Program-made: the position numbers and the translations under genes
NCBI GenBank assembly: GCA_016195215.1
Contig: JACPZY010000092.1
Span: 1 to 40,933, forward strand
Direction of reading: 5' to 3'
Origin: Actinomycetota bacterium
Lineage (GTDB): Bacteria > Actinomycetota > Actinomycetes > Nanopelagicales > Nanopelagicaceae
Length of the DNA stretch: 40,933 nucleotides
Shown here: positions 1-8,215 of the stretch, in pieces
How the letters are laid out: every line of letters begins with the position of its first letter
How positions within the stretch are numbered: position 1 is the first letter of the stretch
Notes under the pieces: model-generated
Seen by the model: the letters and a program-made list of their open reading frames with translations, nothing else
Told to the model about the DNA's origin: nothing
Database searches by the model: none

Positions 1-69
1 GCGAACCGATTGACCATCTCGCAGCCGCTCCCACACTTCCTGTATTTCCTCTGGAGCAAAACGCCTCAT
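1..69 (-). CDS. 5' fragment of an HTH/transposase-like ORF that runs off the left edge (partial)
   Basis: Minus-strand ATG at 69..67 is preceded by AGGAGG (80..75) with a 5-nt spacer. It reads MRRFAPEEIQEVWERLRDGQSVR to the window edge. This resembles N-terminal HTH leaders of IS transposases or regulators, but only 23 codons are visible. Confidence 0.3.
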   Translation of the reverse strand, partial: MRRFAPEEIQEVWERLRDGQSVR

Positions 70-141
70 CGCAACCTCCTGATGATTCATGAAAAAGTAC
101 TGAATTCATCGAAGTGTTGCAATGACTGGTTGAGGCCAAGC

Positions 142-1395
142 CTGATCCTTGACACTTCTAGGGTTATTTATACTTCATTGCGCCTTCAATATCGAGGCGT
201 TCTTCTTTCGAATCACCTCCCCGGGTCGCTCTCGCAGGGCCGTTTTGAGAAGTTCTGTTCCATCCCAGATCTGCAGGATTTCTTTGGAGATTTGAACATC
301 GACGTTGCGTCCAGCCCGATGTCGTCCGACAGATATTTGTTGCCAGGCAACACCCACAACGCCATTGGCCCCCACACGCCGACTCACCCAATCAGGACCA
401 CTGCGCACCTCACTGAGCGCTTTGGTATCCACTTCTGGCCCGACAAGGCTGATGCCAGGATGGGTGAACCTGGTCATCGGTGTCACCATCCCGATTCCTT
501 GATGGGGTCTTACGGTGTTGTATTCGACGACCCACGCATCGAGTTCCTTCTGAGCCGCTGCTTGGCTTTCAAAGGTGCGAGATTGCAAGAACTCCGTGCG
601 AAGGCTGCGATGAAAACGCTCTATCTTTCCTGTCGTGGTGGGAGAGCGAGGAGCGGTTAATAAGTGATCGATGCCGTTCTCACGGCAGATGCGGTCAAAG
701 AGCACTTCAGTATCTTTATAGCCGAAGCGGCCGGTGAAAACCTTGCCGTTGTCGGTCAAGATCTCCTGGGGAACGCCGTGAATGCGCATGGCGTTGGCAA
801 AGTGATCGCAGACCGAACGAGAAGTTGCACGGACCATCAACCCAGCCATAACGCAGAGCCGGGAGTGATCATCAACACCGGTCAAGCATTTGAGCTCTTT
901 GCCATCGGTGAGAAGAATTCCTCCCACCTTTCTAACCCAGCGGTGCCATAACTCCATGGGCCCGCCTCGCTCCCATCTCTTGAACTTCCTATCGCGCTCC
1001 CTTCTGGCGTGAGGTTCAATGAGGTTGGCCCTCTTGAGGCAGCGATAGATACCTGACAACGAAGGCACGGGTTCAATACCTAAACGAGCCAACTCGTGTT
1101 GAAGGCGTTTGGGTCCCCAGAAGATATTGCGCCGCCGCAGTTCCACGATCTTCACATCGACTTCGGCGCTCATCTGATGCTCACACCCATCGGGTCGGTG
1201 AGATTGATTCATCAACCCAGGCATTCCAGATACTTCATAGCGCAACAACCAGGAATGAACGCTCTGGCGCGAGACGCCGAACCGGCGCGCAACATCCACG
1301 ATGGGGACTCCATCTCGGATTACAGCTAGTACTGCTTGATATCTCTGCTCCATAACACTTAGCTCCATTAACATGAATGAAGTGTCAAGGATCAG
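142..1395 (-). mobile_element. IS481-family insertion sequence (minimal extent set by terminal inverted repeats)
   Basis: ctgatccttgacact (142-156) is the exact reverse complement of agtgtcaaggatcag (1381-1395). The two repeats bracket a single DDE transposase ORF. No clear target-site duplication is seen. The functional right end may extend through the iteron array to about 1470. Confidence 0.7.
175..1374 (-). CDS. IS481-family DDE transposase (HTH plus integrase-core fold)
   Basis: 399-aa ORF with an N-terminal HTH (VARRFGVSRQSVHSWLLRY). It carries the GVDDHSR, ILTDNGKVF and TTGKIERFHRSL motifs and the long C-terminal extension typical of actinobacterial IS481 transposases. The real start may be the internal Met at 1353 (MEQRYQAV...). 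Confidence 0.9.
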   Translation of the reverse strand: MLMELSVMEQRYQAVLAVIRDGVPIVDVARRFGVSRQSVHSWLLRYEVSGMPGLMNQSHRPDGCEHQMSAEVDVKIVELRRRNIFWGPKRLQHELARLGIEPVPSLSGIYRCLKRANLIEPHARRERDRKFKRWERGGPMELWHRWVRKVGGILLTDGKELKCLTGVDDHSRLCVMAGLMVRATSRSVCDHFANAMRIHGVPQEILTDNGKVFTGRFGYKDTEVLFDRICRENGIDHLLTAPRSPTTTGKIERFHRSLRTEFLQSRTFESQAAAQKELDAWVVEYNTVRPHQGIGMVTPMTRFTHPGISLVGPEVDTKALSEVRSGPDWVSRRVGANGVVGVAWQQISVGRHRAGRNVDVQISKEILQIWDGTELLKTALRERPGEVIRKKNASILKAQ

Positions 1396-1470
1396 CCGAA
1401 CTCGCCGTCAAGCATCAGCCGAATACCTGTCAAGCATCAACCGGAACTGATATGTCAAGCATCAACCGGA
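1384..1470. repeat. Four tandem 17-bp iterons (gtcaagSatcaRccgRa), spaced 23, 22 and 25 bp apart
   Basis: The copies are at 1384-1400 (gtcaaggatcagccgaa, which is the core of the IS right inverted repeat), 1407-1423 (gtcaagcatcagccgaa), 1429-1445 and 1454-1470 (both gtcaagcatcaaccgga). Confidence 0.85.
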
Positions 1471-1486
1471 GTAATACAATCGTTTG

Positions 1487-1558
1487 AGCCGCCTCCGGGA
1501 TTTGAACCCGGGACCTACGCATTACGAGTGCGTTGCTCTACCCCTGAGCTAAGGCGGC
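1487..1558 (-). tRNA. tRNA-Thr (anticodon CGT)
   Basis: The minus strand reads GCCGCCT-TA-GCTC-AGGGGTA-GAGC-A-ACGCA-CTCGTAA-TGCGT-AGGTC-CCGGG-TTCAAAT-CCCGG-AGGCGGC-T. This folds into a full 72-nt cloverleaf with a 7-bp acceptor stem and a TTCAAAT T-loop. No CCA is encoded. Confidence 0.9.
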
Positions 1559-1587
1559 CGATCGTGAGTGCAAAAAGTACCGCGTGC

Positions 1588-2514
1588 TTAGGAAATACCC
1601 AAACCAGCCATATTTTCCAACATAAATTCAATATCAATTTGACATGCATCACTTGGATTCATAAATTTATTTAGGACGTTGTCCCACCATTTTACGGTGC
1701 TTACTAACGACTCCTCTTGCACTTCAATTGAAGTTCCGGCGACCAGGGCCTCTAGTGCCAAGATGTACCCCCGAAGCGGATCTAGTACGTGTTGCCATGG
1801 TCGAGTACTTTGAGGATTGCGAACCGTAGTAGCGAATCCATTTGCGTATCCGCGAATGAGATCAGGAAGTAGTCGATTCTCTGCCCAATCTCCTCCTCCA
1901 AGAACATTTCCCGCACGAAGCGAAATCACCTTTGGCCCACCCGAAACTTTAGCGATCTGTCGCCATGCAGCAGATGTAGCTTCTGTACCAACTTTGCTGG
2001 CGCTATAAGGATCTTTACCTTCTAAAGCATCGGTCTCAACAAATGCACGACCCGAATTATCATTCCGGTAGACCTTGTCAGTAGTGATGACTCCGATTGC
2101 TTCGACTGAACCGACTTCAAAAGAAGCGCTGAGGACGTTTACTGACCCCATGACATTAACTTCAAAAGTCTCCCTGGGAGTCTTGTACGACTCAAAGACC
2201 AATGGTTGCGCAGCCATGTGTATCACCACTGAGGGAGCAGTGCTCTCGACAAACTTCAATACAGATTCAAAATCGCGAATATCAGTAAAAGATTCCTGTA
2301 TCACACCGAAACGGTTGGTCCGTTCAAAGAGCGAATTTGGTAGAGCAGGCAGTGACAAACCTACAACCGGAACATCTAGTTTCTCTAAGAGGAGAGTGAG
2401 CCAGGTTCCCTTAAAGCCTGTGTGTCCGGTTACAAGGACAGGACCTGGCAAATCTCGAAGTTTCTTGCCCAGTGAATGATGCATAGGGCAATAATAGTCG
2501 AACCTCATAGCCAC
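1588..2514 (-). CDS. rfbG: CDP-glucose 4,6-dehydratase (short variant)
   Basis: Motifs VLVTGHTGFKGTWL, TTDKVY, DPYSASK (YxxxK), RAGNVLGGGDWAENRLLPD and RPWQHVLDPLRGY match the RfbG/DdhB pattern. The likely start is Met at 2484 (MHHSLGKK...). The product is about 60 aa shorter than the canonical enzymes I remember. Confidence 0.8.
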   Translation of the reverse strand: MAMRFDYYCPMHHSLGKKLRDLPGPVLVTGHTGFKGTWLTLLLEKLDVPVVGLSLPALPNSLFERTNRFGVIQESFTDIRDFESVLKFVESTAPSVVIHMAAQPLVFESYKTPRETFEVNVMGSVNVLSASFEVGSVEAIGVITTDKVYRNDNSGRAFVETDALEGKDPYSASKVGTEATSAAWRQIAKVSGGPKVISLRAGNVLGGGDWAENRLLPDLIRGYANGFATTVRNPQSTRPWQHVLDPLRGYILALEALVAGTSIEVQEESLVSTVKWWDNVLNKFMNPSDACQIDIEFMLENMAGLGIS

Positions 2515-2534
2515 TGGAGTAGTGAGCGAAGAAG

Positions 2535-4235
2535 TCAGAGATCCTTAATGGAATCACCCATAGCCATTTTGGGTAACGCCTTCGCTTCTCGAGAGACTAC
2601 GAATTCCAGTAGAAGCGGACTCGAATTCCAGCCTCCAACTCTTTCCTCAAGCTCCTTCAAGTCACGGGAATTTTCAAATCGTAAGGCAGGAATTCCAAAA
2701 GCTTCTGCCACTTTACAGAAATCGGGAGTGCTATACCCATCCCGGGTAGAGATATAACGCCCATCGAGATTGCCCTCTTGAAACTGAGCGACCATTCCCA
2801 ATTGATTATTGTTTATTACACATATGGTGATCGGTAACTGCAATTGCATAACCGTTTGAAGTTCGGCGATACTCAATTGGGTACAGCCGTCGCCGGTGAT
2901 GACAACCCATCGACCAGGCTGACTAATTGAAGCACCAATGGCAGCAGGCAATGCAAAGCCCATTGCCCCAAGCCCGCCAGAGGTTACAAATCGTTGATGA
3001 GCACCTAGTTCCAGGGATTGAGCCGCCCACATCTGGTGTTGGCCGACATCAACGATGTAGCCATTTGATTCTGCGAAGACGTTTGAAAGCCATCGGATGA
3101 TATCGTCTGGGTTGAATTCAACATTCGAACCTTGTTCCGCGGCTTGTGGTCGTTGAACTTTTTCTTCTTTGAATTTAGCAAGGTGGGATTTCGAATCAAA
3201 TTCGATCTCTGAATTAACTAGAGCCTTGAGAAACGCTTTCAAATCAGTCCCGACACACACATCGGCTTTTATGCGCCCGCTGAGTTCTTCCATATCCACA
3301 TCCACTCGGAAAATCTTCTTTCCCTGCAGGAAAGCGTGTAGATCAGTTCCTGTTTGTCGAACATCAAGTCGAGTTCCGAGAGCGATAATCAAATCAGAAG
3401 TGGCGAGCGCTCTATTAGCCCAGCGGTTACCGTAACTGCCGATCATGCCCACTCGGTAAGGGGAATCGCTTGGAAGAAGGTCCACGCCCATGAGCGAAAA
3501 GACCACGGGTAGTTTGAGCGCCCCTACCACTTTCCTAAAATATTCGACGGATCCAGACGCGCGAATGCCTCCACCCGCGAGGATGATTGGTGAAATACTC
3601 TGACTGATTAATTTCTCTAGTGCTCCAATCTCCTTAGTAAAACCTTCCCGATCTTCATTCTTATCGTGCGTGTTCAGCACAACAACTGAGGATACAGGCT
3701 CCTGTTGAACATCTATTGGAATATCTAGAAGCACTGGCCCAGGCCTGCCTTGATGCGCAATGTTCCAAGCCGCGTTCAATTCGGAAAGCAAATCCGTTGA
3801 GGAATTAATACTGACCGCCCTCTTTGTAATTCCTCTGGCTGTTGAGACAATATCGAGTTCTTGGAATCCGTTCTGCCGCTGCAACTCCGAGCGTTTGGCT
3901 TCATTCTGATTTACCTGACCTGTAATGAAAACGGTTGGAATCGAGTCAAAATATGAGGATGCGATGGCAGTTATTAGATTCGTGGCACCAGGACCGCTTG
4001 TTGCCATCGCCACCGAGGATCGGCCGCTAATTCTCGTACCGCCTTCCGCGGCGAATCCCGCCGCTTGCTCATGACGAAGACTAATAATTGGCGTCTTGCC
4101 CAATCGAGAGACTGCATCGGTTAAGAAAGCAATCATTCCGCCAGAAAGCTGAAAGACGGCGGAAACTTTCTTTTCGGCAAGAAACTGAGCCACTAAATCG
4201 GATTTGGTAAAAGTGGAGGGCTCCGAAGTCACCAA
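2535..4235 (-). CDS. ThDP-dependent acetolactate-synthase-like carboligase (YerE-like candidate)
   Basis: 566 aa. The N-terminal Pyr domain has the catalytic Glu (RHEQAAGFAAEG) and SGPGATNL. The C-terminal ThDP/Mg motif is GDGCTQ...(X24)...NNNQLGMV. It lies in an operon with rfbG. The start may be GTG at 4232 rather than TTG at 4235. Confidence 0.8.
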   Translation of the reverse strand: MVTSEPSTFTKSDLVAQFLAEKKVSAVFQLSGGMIAFLTDAVSRLGKTPIISLRHEQAAGFAAEGGTRISGRSSVAMATSGPGATNLITAIASSYFDSIPTVFITGQVNQNEAKRSELQRQNGFQELDIVSTARGITKRAVSINSSTDLLSELNAAWNIAHQGRPGPVLLDIPIDVQQEPVSSVVVLNTHDKNEDREGFTKEIGALEKLISQSISPIILAGGGIRASGSVEYFRKVVGALKLPVVFSLMGVDLLPSDSPYRVGMIGSYGNRWANRALATSDLIIALGTRLDVRQTGTDLHAFLQGKKIFRVDVDMEELSGRIKADVCVGTDLKAFLKALVNSEIEFDSKSHLAKFKEEKVQRPQAAEQGSNVEFNPDDIIRWLSNVFAESNGYIVDVGQHQMWAAQSLELGAHQRFVTSGGLGAMGFALPAAIGASISQPGRWVVITGDGCTQLSIAELQTVMQLQLPITICVINNNQLGMVAQFQEGNLDGRYISTRDGYSTPDFCKVAEAFGIPALRFENSRDLKELEERVGGWNSSPLLLEFVVSREAKALPKMAMGDSIKDL

Positions 4236-4408
4236 CCAACCTTAGCAATTTCGGTCTCGATTGATTGCTACTTCAGAACCCCTTCCAATATCTGCTTTTC
4301 TCCAATTTGATTCGACTGCACAAGGGATAAATCTGCATAAGACAGTAGGATTCGGTGAGTAAATGAAGGATATTTGGCTGCAATCGACGGCCAGGAATGA
4401 GGAATTAG

Positions 4409-5719
4409 GTGTCTCCAGGAACAAGTGACAAGATTGCGGATCTAGTCACAGCAGCCATGAAAGAGCGCCACCCAAGCAAACCCTTTGTGCCCGGAGAGAC
4501 AACAATTCCCGTATCGGGAAAGGTCTTTGGCGAGGCCGAGCTCACAGCGGCCGTGCAGGCAAGTCTCGATTTCTGGCTAACTGCAGGACCCTACACAGAG
4601 AAGTTTGAAAGCCAACTCGCAAGAACTGTCGGCATGCGCCACTCTTTCATGGTCAACTCAGGCTCTTCGGCGAATCTGATCGCTCTCACAGCACTAACCA
4701 GTCCTTCTCTTGGAAAGAGAGCACTCGAGCCAGGTGATGAGGTGTTAACGGTGGCAGCAGGATTTCCGACTACAGTCACACCGATTCTCCAGAATGGATT
4801 GATACCAGTCTACGTAGACGTTGATCTAGAAACTTACGTTGCCAATGATGCCGCTCTCGAAAGTGCAATCGGTCCGAAAACGCGAGCAATCATGATGGCC
4901 CACACGTTAGGCAATCCCGTCAATCTTGACTTGGTTAAGGAACTTGCAAAGAAGCACCATCTCTGGTTTGTCGAGGATAGTTGTGACGCACTCGGGGGCA
5001 CATACCGGGGACAGAATCTTGGAAGTTTTGGAGACCTCTCCACATTTAGTTTTTACCCCGCACATCACATCACTACAGGCGAGGGCGGAGCTGTTTTGAT
5101 TAAGAAGGTTGCTCACAAGAGGGCGGTGGAATCAATCAGGGATTGGGGACGCGATTGTTGGTGTGCTCCCGGATGCGAGAACACGTGCCTAAAGAGGTAC
5201 GAGTGGCAACTCGGCGAACTACCGATGGGGTATGACCACAAATATATTTATTCGCATCTAGGTTACAACTTGAAATCCGGAGATATCCAGGCTGCAATTG
5301 GTCTGGCGCAACTTGACCGCCTAGCGAGTTTTGTCGAGCTCCGACGAAAGAATTGGGCATACCTGAGGGAAGGTTTAGCCGATCTCGAGGATTTTCTCCT
5401 GCTTCCAAAATCTACCTTGCACGGAGACCCCTCCTGGTTTGGTTTTGCTATAACAGTTAAGAAGCAGAGCCCCAAAACTCGGAACGAAATAGTAAAGGCT
5501 CTAGACGAGAGAAAAATTGGAACCCGATTACTATTTGGGGGAAATCTCCTACGCCAACCAGCCTTCATTGGTACACCACGACGAGTCCACGGTGAGCTCC
5601 CAAATACGGACATTGTCATGAATGACACCTTTTGGATGGGGGTCTGGCCCGGGTTGACCACCCCCATGTTGGATTACATGATTGAATCTATTCACGAAAT
5701 TCTTGGAGGAGCCAAATGA
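4409..5719 (+). CDS. rfbH: CDP-6-deoxy-L-threo-D-glycero-4-hexulose 3-dehydrase (E1, PMP/[2Fe-2S] enzyme)
   Basis: DegT/DnrJ/EryC1 aminotransferase fold. The motif FYPAHHITTGEGG carries His where aminotransferases have the PLP Lys. Cys spacing is C-X57-C-X1-C-X7-C by my count (DSC...DCWCAPGCENTC). GTG start at 4409. Confidence 0.9.
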   Translation: MSPGTSDKIADLVTAAMKERHPSKPFVPGETTIPVSGKVFGEAELTAAVQASLDFWLTAGPYTEKFESQLARTVGMRHSFMVNSGSSANLIALTALTSPSLGKRALEPGDEVLTVAAGFPTTVTPILQNGLIPVYVDVDLETYVANDAALESAIGPKTRAIMMAHTLGNPVNLDLVKELAKKHHLWFVEDSCDALGGTYRGQNLGSFGDLSTFSFYPAHHITTGEGGAVLIKKVAHKRAVESIRDWGRDCWCAPGCENTCLKRYEWQLGELPMGYDHKYIYSHLGYNLKSGDIQAAIGLAQLDRLASFVELRRKNWAYLREGLADLEDFLLLPKSTLHGDPSWFGFAITVKKQSPKTRNEIVKALDERKIGTRLLFGGNLLRQPAFIGTPRRVHGELPNTDIVMNDTFWMGVWPGLTTPMLDYMIESIHEILGGAK

Positions 5720-6510
5720 AGGTGATCATCCTTGCCGGGGGCTTAGGAACACGCCTTTCGGAGGAGACCGAAAGTAAGCCAAAACCGATGGTTTTGATTG
5801 ACGATAAGCCAATTCTCTGGCATTTGATGAATACATTTTCGCAGCAGCGCTTTGATGAGTTTGTCCTAGCTTTGGGATATCGAGGTGATGTTATTAAGCG
5901 CTGGCTCCTTGATCTGAATGAACTTGAAGGGGACATCATAATTGATACCTTGAATAAGAAAGTTCATCACCTAAAGAAAGGGAATAACTATTCTTGGAAA
6001 GTAACCGCTCTTGAAACTGGTCTAAATACACAGACAGGTGGACGAATCGCTCAATGCATGAAGGCATTCCCTGGTGAGCGTGTTATTGCAACCTACGGTG
6101 ATGGTCTTGCAAACATCTCGATCAAGAATCTCCTTGAATTCCATGAATCGCACGGAAAATTGGCAACCGTGACGGCGGTAAGACCACCTGCGCGATTCGG
6201 ACATTTACACATAGAAGGTTCGCAAGTCACGCATTTCGGAGAGAAGAACCAATCCGATGAAGGGTGGATCAACGGCGGCTTTTTTGTGCTCGAGCCAGAG
6301 GTTGCACAATTTGTTGCAGACGACAACGAGCCGTTCGAAAAGGGAGCCTTACAAAGACTTGTCGAAAAAGGTCAACTTATGGCCTATCACCATCATGACT
6401 TTTGGCAGCCAATGGATACGCTCCGCGAGAGGAACGATTTGGCGGCTATGGCAAAGGAGACCCCACCGCCTTGGTTACGTCCCGCCAACCCCGTTCAAAA
6501 AGGTCGGTAG
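5716..6510 (+). CDS. rfbF: Glucose-1-phosphate cytidylyltransferase
   Basis: The N-terminus MKVIILAGGLGTRLSEETESKPKPMV...KPILWHLM matches the RfbF/DdhA signature. It has a 4-nt ATGA overlap with rfbH. Confidence 0.9.
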   Translation: MKVIILAGGLGTRLSEETESKPKPMVLIDDKPILWHLMNTFSQQRFDEFVLALGYRGDVIKRWLLDLNELEGDIIIDTLNKKVHHLKKGNNYSWKVTALETGLNTQTGGRIAQCMKAFPGERVIATYGDGLANISIKNLLEFHESHGKLATVTAVRPPARFGHLHIEGSQVTHFGEKNQSDEGWINGGFFVLEPEVAQFVADDNEPFEKGALQRLVEKGQLMAYHHHDFWQPMDTLRERNDLAAMAKETPPPWLRPANPVQKGR

Positions 6511-7155
6511 ATGGCTACCAAGAGAATTTTGGTTTTTGGTGCTTCCGGAACTCTTGGATCAGCTTGCGTGAAAGAATTACGTGAGAATCAGCTGGAAGTG
6601 ATTTCCGTTGGTCGAGACCTCCGTGTGCTGGATGAAATTTAATTGATTGATGGAGCCGTCTGGGCGCAGGGAGCAAACTTCACTGGAGGCATCTCAGAGA
6701 CAAGCACTCAGCAGTGGGACGAGATATGGGATGCAAACTTCAAATATATTGTGCGCTCACTTGAAATTCTCTTGGGAAAGAAATTGTTTAGCCACGGCGC
6801 ACGTTTGGTCGTGGTTAGCTCGGTCTGGCAAGAAATCACGCGAGCGCAGAAAGTCGCCTATATCGCCTCAAAAGCAGCGGTTGGCGGGTTGGTCAGAGGT
6901 TTAGCGGCTGATTTGGGCAGAGAAGGAATCTCGATAAATGCAGTTCTGCCTGGCGTCGTCGATTCACCAATGACACGTCAGCATTTAAATAGCGGACAAA
7001 TTGAGCGGGTCGTCCAGGGAACACCGAAGGGTCAACTCGTCACTCCTGAGGAGATTGCGAAGACAGTTGCTTTCCTGGTTGGACCCGATTCCGCAGGTAT
7101 CAACGGACAATCCATCATTGTTGATGGCGGATGGTCGATCACCCGCAATGTTTGA
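6511..7155 (+). pseudogene. Short-chain dehydrogenase/reductase interrupted by an in-frame TAA (6640-6642)
   Basis: ATG at 6511 directly follows the rfbF stop. It reads MATKRILVFGASGTLGSACVKELRENQLEVISVGRDLRVLDEI, then TAA, then continues in the same frame as LIDGAVWAQGANFTGG...YIASKAAV...DGGWS. The Rossmann GxxGxxG lies upstream of the stop and the catalytic YxxxK lies downstream. Confidence 0.8.
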
Positions 7156-8215
7156 ACTAACAATCCAGAGTTCAACACGCTCCTATCCGATAATTATCGG
7201 ATCAGGCGTGATTGAGGGTTTAAAGGATCGCGATTTTGTGATCCTTGCCGACATTAATCTTTCCAAGATCGCTCAAAGTTTGGGAACTAGAGTGATTGAG
7301 CTTCCTGCGGGTGAGGAGAAGAAGACATTAGCCACCTGCGAGATGGTGCTATCACAATTGAAATCACTGGGGGCAAATCGCGACACTGTCCTTCTCGCGA
7401 TCGGTGGCGGTTACATCCAGGATATTGCCACGCTCGTAGCCTCTCTTTACATGCGGGGAATTACGTGGAGTTACGCACCCACAACCCTGATGGCGATGAT
7501 GGATTCCTGTATTGGTGGCAAGAGTTCGATCAATGTCGGTTCGGCCAAAAACCTTGTTGGTAACTTCTACCCGCCGATGGAAATAATTATTGATCCCACT
7601 TTTATTGCTTCGCTGGATGATTCTGCAATCGCTTCAGGTCTATCTGAAGGTGTCAAGATTTGCTATGCGAAGGGTCCAGCGTCATTTGAAAAATTCTGCA
7701 CTTATCGAGCCACTGTCGAGGACTTTGGTTCGACACTTGCTGCCGAATGGATTGCTCATGTACTCAATGCCAAGAAATGGTTTGTAGAGACGGACGAGTT
7801 CGACCAGGGTTCACGGAAACTCCTCAACTTCGGACATACCTTCGGACATGCCCTTGAATCGGCCACGAATTTTGCTATCCCTCATGGAATTGCGATCAAC
7901 ATCGGTGTGCTGGCGGCTTTACAACATCCTCTTTCTCACCAGGGTTCGCCAGAACAGAGACTCAGAGAAGAGTGCCTCGCCATTCTTACTCCGGTTCTTA
8001 AGCGTCTTAAAACGGACCTTGGCTCCTTCGATGTGAAGAAGTTCGAAGAGGCTTTTCTTGGTGACAAGAAGCACTCTTCGCAGGATTTCCGACTCATCCT
8101 CTCCCAACAGGGCACTTTGAGAGTGGTCGAAGTAGAACGGAACGATCAGGAGATTGCAGTGGTGGTTGAGGCGATGCGGAAGGCTCTGGAGATGGCGCGG
8201 GCGGGGAAGAAATGA
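7148..8215 (+). CDS. 3-dehydroquinate-synthase-like (sugar-phosphate-cyclase superfamily) enzyme
   Basis: Motifs: GGGYIQDIATLVAS, PTTLMAMMDSCIGGKSSIN, KNLVGNFYPP, ETDEFDQGSRKLLNFGHTFGHALE and IPHGIAINIG. The start was set to ATG at 7148 (MFELTIQ...), overlapping the SDR stop by 8 nt. The ORF-track start at 7001 is an upstream extension. Confidence 0.8.
   Translation: MFELTIQSSTRSYPIIIGSGVIEGLKDRDFVILADINLSKIAQSLGTRVIELPAGEEKKTLATCEMVLSQLKSLGANRDTVLLAIGGGYIQDIATLVASLYMRGITWSYAPTTLMAMMDSCIGGKSSINVGSAKNLVGNFYPPMEIIIDPTFIASLDDSAIASGLSEGVKICYAKGPASFEKFCTYRATVEDFGSTLAAEWIAHVLNAKKWFVETDEFDQGSRKLLNFGHTFGHALESATNFAIPHGIAINIGVLAALQHPLSHQGSPEQRLREECLAILTPVLKRLKTDLGSFDVKKFEEAFLGDKKHSSQDFRLILSQQGTLRVVEVERNDQEIAVVVEAMRKALEMARAGKK

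Noticed and set aside
10-1329. Several plus-strand ORFs (10..660, 480..737, 664..951, 1096..1329) overlap the transposase gene.
   Set aside because: They are antisense shadow ORFs inside a well-supported 399-aa IS481 transposase CDS. Their translations have no recognisable motifs.
1384-1470. The tandem repeat array could be a mini-CRISPR.
   Set aside because: The repeat units are 17 bp, with only 5-8 bp between them. There are four degenerate copies, no cas genes, and the first unit is the IS inverted repeat. It was reported as an iteron array instead.
4243-4270. Inverted repeat TAGCAAT-N14-ATTGCTA lies in the divergent promoter region between the two sugar operons.
   Set aside because: Each arm is only 7 bp, which is easily expected by chance in AT-rich intergenic DNA. 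It is not enough to call an operator without conservation data.
7001-7147. The ORF track gives the DHQS-like ORF a 5' extension (start at 7001).
   Set aside because: The extension overlaps the 3' end of the SDR gene in another frame and its sequence is Arg/Ser/Leu-rich with no domain. ATG at 7148 gives a canonical DHQS-like N-terminus and an operon-style overlap.
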